From Candidatus Lokiarchaeum ossiferum (lineage in GTDB: Archaea > Asgardarchaeota > Lokiarchaeia > Sigyniarchaeales > Promethearchaeaceae): a DNA stretch of 32,000 nucleotides. The stretch lies in NCBI GenBank assembly GCA_025839675.1, contig CP104013.1:2250001-2282000 (forward strand), read 5' to 3'. Numbering within the stretch: the stretch's first letter is position 1; each line of letters starts with the position of its first letter. This document shows, piece after piece, positions 8,876-18,334 of this stretch. The translations under genes were made by a program, and so were the position numbers. A model generated the notes under the pieces. The model had not been told where the DNA came from and ran no database searches. It saw only the letters and a program-made list of their open reading frames with translations.

Positions 8876-10225
8876 TCATGTATTTTTTGGTAAGGGCAAA
8901 CCCAATAGTGCTTCATTTAATCGTCGAATGATTTCCTTCATCTCCTCTGTATTTGTGATCAAAGGAGGCATTAATTTGATAGTTTGTTCATTATTCCCAC
9001 AATAATCCGCAAAAATGCCATTTTTTATCATCTGTAGAGTATATCCCACACCATATCGTTCATTTATGAACTCCATACCCCACATTAGGCCGCGTCCTCG
9101 TACTTCAGTTATTAAAGAAGGATATTGTGTCTTGAATACTTGCAAACTTTCCCCGAGTTGAGTACCCATTTTTTGCACATTTTGAAGAAAAGTAGGTTTG
9201 GAGATTATTTCCAACATTTTCCGGGTCACATAGCATCCCAATTCAGATCCTCCCGTTGTGCTGATGTGTATAAAGGGATCTTGTTCAAACACCTCTCCAA
9301 TAAAAGGTTTATAACTACATGTTGCCAGTGGGTAATATCCAGCACTCATTCCTTTAGCCAAGACCATTATATCCGGAACTATTTTTTCTTCGGGATAGAT
9401 CCCCCCATAGATCCCCCACATTTCACCTGTACGACCAAGTCCACTTTGTACTTCGTCAGCAATTAAAAGAACACCATGCTTATCGCAGAGCTCCCGAACT
9501 TGTGTAAAATAGCTCGGGGGAGCAATCAATATCCCTCCAGTGGCGGGGATTGTTTCTAGAATCAGACAGGCAAAAGTATCATTTATAATGGATATTAATG
9601 ATTCAATATTACCAAATTCCACTTGAACAAAATCCGGTGAATTGGCTAAGAAAGGTGCGCTAAATTTTGAATCCCCTGCAGCAACGGCCAATCCCGTTAC
9701 CCCATGATAACCCAATTTTGCTGACAACACCTTTTTACGTTTTGTGGTACTTCGAGCCAACTTAATCGCTAAATCGATAGCTTCCCCTCCTCCAACACAG
9801 AATTGAGTTTGTGATATGTCACCTGGAAGAAGATCAGCCAATTCTTTTGCTAAAAGCGCCCGTTGTTCGCTAATTAAATGGTGATCTCCAATATCAAGTC
9901 CTGCATTGATGCCATCCACCATTGCTTTGATTATAGCAGGATGTCGATGGCCGAGATTAAATACTCCCCCGCTGGTTCGACAATCTAATAATTGGATGGG
10001 AGGTTTATTTGGCTTTTTTCCTTCCAACATTGAAATGGTTAATCTCTCCCGTTTTCCTTGAATTACTCCAAGCCCTATACTTTTAAAGAAATCTGCTTTG
10101 GGCTTTGAGACGTATTTGGAATAAAGCTTATATAGCTCTTTTTGAGGAAGCCTCCCCATTACTTTGTCTTTGGATGGTATATTATCAGATTCTTTCAATG
10201 TAGAATTATTTTCTTTTGCAGTCAT
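8876..10225 (-). CDS. Class-III pyridoxal-phosphate-dependent aminotransferase (reads most like the putrescine/diamine YgjG-PatA or acetylornithine/GABA branch)
   Basis: 449 aa. Motifs: NLGHRHPAIIKAM, GGGEAIDLAIKLAR, LILETIPATGGILIAPPSYF, LIADEVQSGLGRTGEMWG, PDIMVLAKGMSAG (PLP lysine), TTGGSELGC and EVRGRGLMWGMEF. GGTGA lies 4 nt upstream of the ATG. Confidence 0.9.
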   Translation of the reverse strand: MTAKENNSTLKESDNIPSKDKVMGRLPQKELYKLYSKYVSKPKADFFKSIGLGVIQGKRERLTISMLEGKKPNKPPIQLLDCRTSGGVFNLGHRHPAIIKAMVDGINAGLDIGDHHLISEQRALLAKELADLLPGDISQTQFCVGGGEAIDLAIKLARSTTKRKKVLSAKLGYHGVTGLAVAAGDSKFSAPFLANSPDFVQVEFGNIESLISIINDTFACLILETIPATGGILIAPPSYFTQVRELCDKHGVLLIADEVQSGLGRTGEMWGIYGGIYPEEKIVPDIMVLAKGMSAGYYPLATCSYKPFIGEVFEQDPFIHISTTGGSELGCYVTRKMLEIISKPTFLQNVQKMGTQLGESLQVFKTQYPSLITEVRGRGLMWGMEFINERYGVGYTLQMIKNGIFADYCGNNEQTIKLMPPLITNTEEMKEIIRRLNEALLGLPLPKNT

Positions 10226-10573
10226 TTTTTCACCAGAAACAATCAGAATTGATATTAAATCTGTTAATGATTCTTATAAAAATTATAAAATTCTTTGACA
10301 TTTGATTTTATTACATCGATTGAAAATACTCAAATTGGCTCACAAAAATTAAAGAATGCTGCAAAAAATAAGAAAATGAGTCGAATAAAAAAAAACACCA
10401 TTTACTTCTTAAGATTGTGAATCCCTTACATTTTGACATAGAATGATATTTCATCATTAGAATAGTGGATATTACACATCTGGTACCAATATATCAATAT
10501 TGGGAGATATAATCACTCGTAATTGGTTGGAAAGTGACAAATAATTTTTAAATGACAAAATAAAAGTCATTAT

Positions 10574-13500
10574 ATGCAAACAACTAGGATAAATAAAGCA
10601 AGGTCAGTGCTTTTAATCGGTTTGTGCTTATTTCTTGCATCATCGATAATTGATTCAATAAAATTTGTATCCGATCTCACAGATACAACTATTGATGGGT
10701 CAAACCCACCGGTTTCTGCAACACCTGTTTCTCTTCTTTCTTTTGAGATTTATGACTTGAATTCTTTTGACCCTTCGCCCCACTATCAGGCCCCTTTTAT
10801 TAGTAATATGAATGAATCTATGTGGGAAAATGATTTTCATTCATTATACTATAATTATTATGGGGATGATGACAATGTAACAATTGATTGTGATTCCCCT
10901 TTCTATTTGCGATGGGTTTTCTTGACTAATAATTATCTATCACACGGTACTTATACTGTTTACATCGCGTATGACTATCTTGTAGGTGGATCAGATGATT
11001 GTCATTTTGTGCCTGTTGAAACAAAACCGTGGAATGCGGATGATTCAACCGTGTATTATTATAATCATTTGAATTTGAATCAGGGGTATTATCGCATCAA
11101 GGTGGTCACGTCTAGTCATGATTTTCTCTATGATATGACTTTTGAATTCGGACTTTGGGCGATAAATCCTGATGCAATTGACTTTTCCATCATAGATGAA
11201 TCCATTGGTGATGGGGAAAAAAAAACCGTCCCCAATGGATCAGATCAATCATGTGAATCCCTAACTCCGGTCCATCCAAATCGAACTTCGGGTGATTATG
11301 TTTACCAATGTCCTCAAATAGGTTTTTATTCAGAGGGAACGTGGACAAATAATACAGCCTTGATGCTAGATATCATACCACAAAATGGAGGCACGTATTA
11401 TTATGAGGTAATATTTAGTGATAGTTTTGGAAATGAAGTAAATCATGAATTTTCGTATCAGTTTGAAGATTATTCACCAACCATAGATGTATGCTACTAT
11501 ACAACCGTAACAATCAATCCCGGTGATATTCTCACAGTGCGACCGGGTGAAACGATTGATATTATGTTTGCAATTTTTGGAGAAGAATCATCTTTAAACT
11601 CATATCAAACCCGTATAGATGGGGAATTTGAGACTCAATCATCATGGATAAATAATTATTACTATGATTGGACCCAATCCTTTTCTGAACCGGGGCTTCA
11701 TGAGATGGAGGTACAAGCAGCATGGTATAATGTAACATTGGATGGTGTTTTTGCCTTTTATAGTGATCCTTACACGTTTTATGTTGAAGTTGATAGTTCT
11801 CCCGTCTTAGATTCCGCTGATTGGAATAAAGACGAAGGAGGCACCCAAGATCTTCTTTCGGATGATACAATTACCCGAAATCTCTTTCGTAAAGAAAAAA
11901 TTGATTTCGTTGTGAAGGATCCATTATACATGACAGGAAGCTATCGCTTATTTGAAAACGGTCTTTCTATAAAAGAAAAATCCGGAAAATGGGATAATGA
12001 CACGCAATTTTCCATTTATTTAGGATCTAACGAGGAATGTGTTACGGAATATATTCTAGAGGTGTCCAACCAAGATGGGAAATCACAATTATCGTGGGAA
12101 GTAACATATACGCATAGTGGACCGAATATTGTAGATTGTAATGTTCCCCATAATCAGACTTTTTATGTTCATACAGCAACAGATTTAGTCGTTACGTACA
12201 GTGCTTATGGATTGAGAGGGATTCCTACCCCTACAGGATATCAATTTTATATGCAACTTCCCGTCTCAGGCCCACCAACTGTAGAAGCCATTACTTCGGG
12301 ATCTAATAGTTTTACCATAGAATATCCCGGAGAAGGTTCTTATGAATATTTATTTGGAATTAAAGATAGTGATGATTCCCATGAAAGCATGCCATATTAC
12401 TTAAATATCACTTGGGATTTGGATTGGCATCCGGTTTTTCAATCACCAAGTGAAGAAAATGATACCACAATTTATTTAGAGAAAGATAGTGAAAACTATC
12501 AAGGCAGCATGATAATATATGATCATGATGGGACAACATTGAATGTTACTGAATACATTGATGGAGTTCTAATTAAAAAAACTAATAGAACACGTGGATG
12601 GACTCTTTCTTGGGGTTTTTCTCCCGATACGTATGGAATTTTCACTCGAGCATTTGTACTTACCGATGAGGATGGCATCAATTCAACTACTCATTTCGTC
12701 ACCTTTTATGTCACCGAATTTGGTCCTCAATGGGGTCAATCAGGAGCTTTCCTTATCCCTAATGGCGAAGTTCATAACAATACCGATATTGATGTCATGC
12801 CCTATGAACCATTCGACATCTATTGTGAATTGGACCACCCTTTTGTCACCAATCCTAATGGACAGATTGGTTGGATTGAATGGTGGATCGAGGGAGACCG
12901 AAGGGGAAATACAATATTATTAGATAGTGGTCCCGCTCCAAAATTACTTGCGCCAGCTTTAGAACCCGGAAATTACAATGTACTCCTTCACCCGTATGAT
13001 ATGGAATCGGGTTATTATGGAGATTGGTGGAATTTTACCATTCACGTTTATGATATTCCTGAAATTCGCTGTGCGATCGGCAATGAAACGGTCCGAAATG
13101 GTGAATTGGGTAAAAGTGTATCCTTTTCTTTGGGCATCATGGATGACGATGAAACACAAGATCACAAAGCTATGATTGTATTGAATCACTCCCAACCTGG
13201 AGAAGAAGTGTTATTTTACGATTCAATTACAAATAATCAATGGTTTTATCAGACTTATTACCCAACGGCACCAGGAACATATAATTTTTCCATCTTCGCA
13301 TGGGATAATAAGCATAATGCATCCCTTCACACTTTTAACTATGTAATTACTGAAAACATAGCTCCAGAAATATCGATTAATGGTTCCATAATAGAAGGAT
13401 CAATAGTTAATGTCTCTGTTGGAGAAAATTTTCAAATCGATGCGAGTTTCACAGATGCAGATGATGCTTCCTTGGAAATGTGGATTAGGCAAGGAGAACT

Positions 13501-14101
13501 AAACTTGAAGTATGCAAAAGAAATGCTTCCTCAAACACTTTCAGCATCTCTAAATACCAGTGTACCAGGAAGTTATGTTATTTTTGTGGGAGGTTCAGAT
13601 CATACCGATATGGAAGTATTAACCTTCACCCTTCAAGTAAAAGCACCCCTTGTAGCATCATTTACAACAAATGCCACTACCATCAAGGTAGGGGAATCTC
13701 TTAATTTAACAGATACCTCGATAGGGGGTTGGGGTGTCCGGACCTATGATTGGAATTTTGGGGATGGAACCGCTCATGGAAATGATCCGCAAGAAATTCA
13801 TTCCTATGCAACTTCGGGCAATTATGTGGTTAATTTATCGATAACTGATGGGGATGGGGCAACCAGTCACCATTCCATTAATATTCAAGTCGAACAAGAT
13901 TCAACATCGAATACTACAACCGACACATCCACAAGCAGTTCCACAGAAACGAATTCAAGCAGTACAAATACAAATTCAGACGATGAAGACGATACAAGTA
14001 AGGGTATTGGAATTAATTCGATACCCATTATAATTATGAGTTCAATTTTTGGAATTGGGTTCATATTATTCTCGAAAAAACATCGCATAAAATTTTGGTG
14101 A
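10574..14101 (+). CDS. Large secreted/surface protein with C-terminal PKD domain, Ser/Thr-rich stalk and C-terminal TM anchor
   Basis: 1175 aa. Signal-like N-terminus: RSVLLIGLCLFLASSIID. The long beta-rich body carries very many N-x-S/T sequons. PKD signature near 13661-13890: ...LTDTSIGGWGVRTYDWNFGDGTAHGNDPQEIHSYATSGNYVVNLSITDGDGATS... Stalk: STSNTTTDTSTSSSTETNSSSTNTNSDDEDD. Anchor: IPIIIMSSIFGIGFILFSKKHRIKFW. Confidence 0.85.
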   Translation: MQTTRINKARSVLLIGLCLFLASSIIDSIKFVSDLTDTTIDGSNPPVSATPVSLLSFEIYDLNSFDPSPHYQAPFISNMNESMWENDFHSLYYNYYGDDDNVTIDCDSPFYLRWVFLTNNYLSHGTYTVYIAYDYLVGGSDDCHFVPVETKPWNADDSTVYYYNHLNLNQGYYRIKVVTSSHDFLYDMTFEFGLWAINPDAIDFSIIDESIGDGEKKTVPNGSDQSCESLTPVHPNRTSGDYVYQCPQIGFYSEGTWTNNTALMLDIIPQNGGTYYYEVIFSDSFGNEVNHEFSYQFEDYSPTIDVCYYTTVTINPGDILTVRPGETIDIMFAIFGEESSLNSYQTRIDGEFETQSSWINNYYYDWTQSFSEPGLHEMEVQAAWYNVTLDGVFAFYSDPYTFYVEVDSSPVLDSADWNKDEGGTQDLLSDDTITRNLFRKEKIDFVVKDPLYMTGSYRLFENGLSIKEKSGKWDNDTQFSIYLGSNEECVTEYILEVSNQDGKSQLSWEVTYTHSGPNIVDCNVPHNQTFYVHTATDLVVTYSAYGLRGIPTPTGYQFYMQLPVSGPPTVEAITSGSNSFTIEYPGEGSYEYLFGIKDSDDSHESMPYYLNITWDLDWHPVFQSPSEENDTTIYLEKDSENYQGSMIIYDHDGTTLNVTEYIDGVLIKKTNRTRGWTLSWGFSPDTYGIFTRAFVLTDEDGINSTTHFVTFYVTEFGPQWGQSGAFLIPNGEVHNNTDIDVMPYEPFDIYCELDHPFVTNPNGQIGWIEWWIEGDRRGNTILLDSGPAPKLLAPALEPGNYNVLLHPYDMESGYYGDWWNFTIHVYDIPEIRCAIGNETVRNGELGKSVSFSLGIMDDDETQDHKAMIVLNHSQPGEEVLFYDSITNNQWFYQTYYPTAPGTYNFSIFAWDNKHNASLHTFNYVITENIAPEISINGSIIEGSIVNVSVGENFQIDASFTDADDASLEMWIRQGELNLKYAKEMLPQTLSASLNTSVPGSYVIFVGGSDHTDMEVLTFTLQVKAPLVASFTTNATTIKVGESLNLTDTSIGGWGVRTYDWNFGDGTAHGNDPQEIHSYATSGNYVVNLSITDGDGATSHHSINIQVEQDSTSNTTTDTSTSSSTETNSSSTNTNSDDEDDTSKGIGINSIPIIIMSSIFGIGFILFSKKHRIKFW

Positions 14102-14107
14102 TGGACC

Positions 14108-14116
14108 TTTTTTTTT
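14108..14116 (+). terminator. Oligo-T (T9) termination signal
   Basis: The T9 run starts 6 nt after the TGA stop (14099-14101) of the 1175-aa gene, in a convergent intergenic region. Confidence 0.45.
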
Positions 14117-14323
14117 AGTAAACTTTACAAAATTTGATTTTTTTTCCATTCCTTTTACTTTTACTCCAACTTTTATCCTCCATCCCAACTTAAGTAAAAA
14201 TAGCGAAACAGCGCATGGTGTCTTAGATGAACCATTAAAAATGCATACGATCTAAAGGATTTGATACTCAAATTGAATTTCTTAAATTCAGAAATACTGA
14301 AAAAAAACGAATATTTATCGAAT

Positions 14324-14333
14324 AAAAAAAAAA
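14324..14333 (-). terminator. Oligo-T (T10 on minus strand) termination signal
   Basis: An A10 run on the plus strand lies 4 nt downstream (in the minus sense) of the TAA stop (14338-14340) of the SBBP gene. Confidence 0.45.
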
Positions 14334-14337
14334 TGAG

Positions 14338-15999
14338 TTAGGCTCTGATCTTACTGTTCTTCTTTAATAACAAAATCGTCATAAATAAAGCACCCACCAT
14401 TATGGAAATTAAAGGAAAACTTGACACAGATGAACTTCCAATTTTTTCTATCGCTCCTCCTATTAAAGCATCAATTGAGAAAATGCACACAAATCCATCA
14501 ATTTCCTGGCCTTCTTCCAAACTGGATACTTCATTCAATCTTGGAAAATCAAGTGAATTTGATGACCCTGGAAGGATTATTTCATTTGATTCTGAACAGA
14601 TACACAAATTCCAAAAGTTATCTTGATTTATTCCCCCAAAAAATGTTGAAAATTCAATCATCCCATTTAAATTGACAATAGCAATAAACCCATCGTTTTC
14701 TCCATTAAGAGTTGATTGAATTGCCGATTCAGTAGTAGGAAAATCTTCGGAAGCTGTAGATCCATATATAATTACTAAGTTATCTTTGGTAATCTTCAAA
14801 CCAGATATTTGATCTTCCCCGTTCCCTCCATAATAGGATGAATATTTTAACCCATAGAGATTTGCGGAGAAAATGCTTAAAAATACGTCGAATTCTCCAT
14901 TATTTGTTGAATCCTGAGCATTCATTGTTGGAAAATTACTTGAATAGGTATTTCCACTAACTACCAACTCATTATCCTTAGAAAATGCAATCCCATAGCC
15001 AAAATCTCCCCCATTCCCTCCGAAATAAGTACAAAATTCAACCTTTCTTGCTGAGACATTTAGAACACTTATCAGCACATCATTTCCTCCCCCCAGGTGT
15101 GTTTGATAAGCGTTTGATGTTAAATTCACATCGGTTGATCGAGTATACCCAATGATTCCAATCAACCCATCCGCATTTACAGCAATTGCAGGTTCAGCTT
15201 CCGTGTCAGAGCCACCAAAGTAAGTTATATATTCAAATGAATGGCTTAATCGAGAATAGTTGCAGATAAATAAATCATTTTCCCCCTTCAATTCTTGTTG
15301 AATTGAATCCTTGGATGTTGGAAGATCTTTTGAATCTGTATCCCCAATTAAAATGATATTCCCATTACTATCCATTGTAGATCTATGCACATTGTCAAAG
15401 CCACTTCCTCCAAAAAATGAAATGTTACTGATTTGCATTGTTTCAAAATCCATCACTAACACAAAATTATTTTCATTGGCTGTTTTCTCAGGAAAACTGG
15501 AATCTAGGTAAGGTATGTCGGAAGATGTTGAACTACCCACAATCAACAATTCATTATAAGAATTGAAATAAACATCCCCCAAATTGTCTAATCTATTTCC
15601 CCCAAAATAGGAAGAATACAATAGCTGGTTCTGAGAAGATATTTTCATAACAAAACCATCCCAATCACCACCACCATAATTCACCTGGGATGCATTAGCA
15701 GTTACAGTAAAATTAACAGAAGTTGTTAACCCACAGATATAAGTGTTATTGAAGATATCTTTTGTGGCTCCATATGCTCGATCTGTTCCATCACCTCCAA
15801 ATTTAATAATCATGGAATTCAGATCCGTGGCAGATTTTGGAACATTTTTTATGGGCACGAGTGAAGAAAACTCATCATTTTGTCCCATATCTGCAGAAAT
15901 TGGAATTATCTCGAGAATATTTAAAGGAAAAACGAGAAAAATAAATGCACACATCGCTGCATTGGTTTTCTTTTTTAATAGAAGTGTTAGAAATCTCAT
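14338..15999 (-). CDS. Surface protein with seven SBBP-type beta-propeller repeats and C-terminal TM anchor
   Basis: Seven repeats occur about every 55-60 aa: KFGGDGTDRAYG, YFGGNRLDNLGD, FFGGSGFDNVHR, YFGGSDTEAEPA, YFGGNGGDFGYG, YYGGNGEDQISG and FFGGINQDNFWN. Each is followed by ...G.T.S.(D/N)FP... and ...DGF/DVF..., which is the SBBP repeat pattern. Signal-like N-terminus: AAMCAFIFLVFPLNIL. C-terminus: FPLISIMVGALFMTILLLKKNSKIRA. The track start at 16002 is TTG and ATG 15999 (MRFL...) is more likely. Confidence 0.85.
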   Translation of the reverse strand: MRFLTLLLKKKTNAAMCAFIFLVFPLNILEIIPISADMGQNDEFSSLVPIKNVPKSATDLNSMIIKFGGDGTDRAYGATKDIFNNTYICGLTTSVNFTVTANASQVNYGGGDWDGFVMKISSQNQLLYSSYFGGNRLDNLGDVYFNSYNELLIVGSSTSSDIPYLDSSFPEKTANENNFVLVMDFETMQISNISFFGGSGFDNVHRSTMDSNGNIILIGDTDSKDLPTSKDSIQQELKGENDLFICNYSRLSHSFEYITYFGGSDTEAEPAIAVNADGLIGIIGYTRSTDVNLTSNAYQTHLGGGNDVLISVLNVSARKVEFCTYFGGNGGDFGYGIAFSKDNELVVSGNTYSSNFPTMNAQDSTNNGEFDVFLSIFSANLYGLKYSSYYGGNGEDQISGLKITKDNLVIIYGSTASEDFPTTESAIQSTLNGENDGFIAIVNLNGMIEFSTFFGGINQDNFWNLCICSESNEIILPGSSNSLDFPRLNEVSSLEEGQEIDGFVCIFSIDALIGGAIEKIGSSSVSSFPLISIMVGALFMTILLLKKNSKIRA

Positions 16000-16140
16000 C
16001 AATTATCAAAATCCATTCCAATTTAAAAGAAAATAATTTTATCGGGACAAAAATTCATATTTTTTAGCTCCAAAGGCATAAAGGGTAAAAAAGAGCAATA
16101 TATAATGTTTGAAAAAAAAGATGTTTAACATAGTTCAAAA

Positions 16141-18078
16141 CTAAATTTGAGCACAATTGACAACAGTATGATTTCTTTTCATTATCTTCATTATATTCCA
16201 TCTTGAAATAGCGGAAAAAACCCCCACAACAGCAACAAAAGTAATTATAGGCACGATTAATGAGGGAAGAATTCCCGCTTCGAGTAAGAAGAACATTATA
16301 ATTACTAACATCGCGATAAAACTTAATAATAGCCCAACTAAGAGCAAGAATAATTGTTCAATCATAATGATATTCTGAAGTAATGAACGTTTGCCTCCTA
16401 GCGTTTTTATGATGATTAAATCTTTTTGCTCTTCTAAAATTCGACCCCGTTGATATTGATAGAGCAAATAAAGGATAACAACACTGATAACAAGACTGAT
16501 GACTAGAAAAATATTTTGAAATATTCCTACAATTTGCAAATTTTGTTTGAAGGTGGGAGTTAAATCCAGCAATCGAAAGTTCTCCCCCAATTCATTCGAG
16601 ATCAAATTTTCCACATCCTTCAAAAATAGGGAAATATTATTTGAAGTCTGAAGAAGGGAATTGAAGTCAATAAGGAGGAGATTAACAAAATTAGGCCGAT
16701 CAAATATGTTCTGCAAAATTTTTAAAGATAAATACGCCGAATTTCCATTATTTAAAGAATCTGCGACAATCGAATTTATCGGATAGTTCATATCAATCCC
16801 CAATTTAGATGAGTTTAAACGAATTTTTTGAGATAAAGGATAATCAAAAATCGCATTAGCCAAGGTATCTCCAATGGCAACCCCTGATCCGTTGAATTGA
16901 TCCCCAGCAATCGATTTCCAATTTTGAGATGTACAGGTTGAATCTATCCCTTGCAGAGGAATTAGTTTTTCATATTTCTTGGAAGAACAATCTTTAAAAC
17001 TATTTTCTAGAAAAGGATTAGTTGCAATTAAACTACTTTTAATTGCACTATCCATAATTGGATTTACCGTTAATTGGGAATACAATCGATGATCAATATT
17101 ATCAATAGAATAATTACTCAGTAAATTCAACAGTTGTGGTTCAAAATCGGTTAAATTATATAATAGATTTTCACATTCAATATCAACGGTAATATCTGTG
17201 GTGGGATCATTGAATTTGTTGTAATAAGCTTCCATAGAAGAAATAATTGGATCTGCAGCAATTATCAGGATATTCTTACTTTGAGCATCCCGTATATTTT
17301 GCTTATTATTCAATCCAATAGTCAGCGCTCCAATGATGCTAACGAATAAAACGAGCCCAGCAATGGAAATAATAATTAAAAATTGCTGCACGTGGTATTT
17401 CTTGCGTTTTAAATTTTTAATGGCAATAATCATACTAACAGGTTTATTTGCCAACCACTTTTTCCAAAATTTGCCCAATTTTGCTCGCATTTGATCTTGA
17501 ATATGACCCGTTTTCGTCTGATTATAGGTTTTATTTCCAATTTTTCGAATTTCTGCCCCATTTAAGAAGAAAGTAACTAAAATCAAGATTACTAATAATA
17601 AAGCCCCATATTTCAAGTCTAAGACCCACTTGAAACTTGGAATTCCAGAAGATATGATATAATAACTTATGATGTAGAAGAAAACGCTTCCCAACGCACC
17701 TACGGCAAAATTTATGATAACGAGAAATAATAATTCAAAGAGATAATAACTATATAGGAGGTTTGGCAGACAACCCGTGGATTTCATTGATGCTATATCT
17801 TTTTTTCGAGATAAAATTATCGCATGATTATTGCCAATCACGAGAACCACGGTTAAAATGTAAATTAATTTAATTAAAAGGGATGAATATTGATAAAAAA
17901 AGGATATAACAGAAAAAGAGGCAATGGTCATTTTAATTACATCTGCATCTGCACCAAACCCCGCATTTAAACATTGAAAATAAATCAACATCCCAATTAG
18001 GGTAGAGTTTGTCCAAAAAGTCGATTTAGTTTGATGAGAATGAAAATATAAATCTTTCACTGCAAAATTCACTGACAT
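16141..18078 (-). CDS. FtsX/MacB-type ABC-transporter permease with two FtsX domains and one large extracytoplasmic domain
   Basis: FtsX-domain signatures: DIASMKSTGCLPNLLYSYYLFELLFLVIINFAVGALG and DLIIIKTLGGKRSLLQNIIMIEQLFLLLVGLLLSFIA. Both halves open with typical ...AVKDL... and ...IAIKNLKRKK... segments. There are at least 8 hydrophobic helices. The track start at 18102 is TTG. ATG 18078 (MSVNFAVKDL) fits the family N-terminus. Confidence 0.8.
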   Translation of the reverse strand: MSVNFAVKDLYFHSHQTKSTFWTNSTLIGMLIYFQCLNAGFGADADVIKMTIASFSVISFFYQYSSLLIKLIYILTVVLVIGNNHAIILSRKKDIASMKSTGCLPNLLYSYYLFELLFLVIINFAVGALGSVFFYIISYYIISSGIPSFKWVLDLKYGALLLVILILVTFFLNGAEIRKIGNKTYNQTKTGHIQDQMRAKLGKFWKKWLANKPVSMIIAIKNLKRKKYHVQQFLIIISIAGLVLFVSIIGALTIGLNNKQNIRDAQSKNILIIAADPIISSMEAYYNKFNDPTTDITVDIECENLLYNLTDFEPQLLNLLSNYSIDNIDHRLYSQLTVNPIMDSAIKSSLIATNPFLENSFKDCSSKKYEKLIPLQGIDSTCTSQNWKSIAGDQFNGSGVAIGDTLANAIFDYPLSQKIRLNSSKLGIDMNYPINSIVADSLNNGNSAYLSLKILQNIFDRPNFVNLLLIDFNSLLQTSNNISLFLKDVENLISNELGENFRLLDLTPTFKQNLQIVGIFQNIFLVISLVISVVILYLLYQYQRGRILEEQKDLIIIKTLGGKRSLLQNIIMIEQLFLLLVGLLLSFIAMLVIIMFFLLEAGILPSLIVPIITFVAVVGVFSAISRWNIMKIMKRNHTVVNCAQI

Positions 18079-18334
18079 AATCAATTTATCCCTTAAGGTC
18101 AATTTGTTTTATTTCTTTTTAAATTAAATTGGATCGTATCTATAAGTACGATTTAGAATTCCTCCTGCTATAATATTTAGCCAACAACTTTTAGTAGGAT
18201 GACAAATTATCAAGGATAACCCTCAAAATGGTGTGCCTGTCCTTCTCAACTGTTCGTGTTTGTGATAGACGTTGAAATAAGGGCAAGTCAGAAATTTCCC
18301 GGTGGCTAAATATCCACAGGTAGGTTAGATTATT

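Noticed and set aside
8851-8916. N-terminal extension (MKHYWVCPYQKIHDLLRKEKKK) of the kinase-like ORF as given in the track
   Set aside because: It would overlap the aminotransferase 3' end by 41 nt. The internal ATG at 8850 is preceded by AAGGAG at ideal spacing in the intergenic gap, so the shorter model is preferred.
10574-16036. Numerous 60-110-aa ORFs nested in or antisense to the surface-protein genes (for example 11562..11870, 12594..12923, 12959..13195, 13848..14088, 14402..14675, 15311..15511, 15743..16036)
   Set aside because: All lie inside much longer ORFs that have strong domain evidence (PKD, SBBP repeats). Their translations are compositionally odd and lack motifs.
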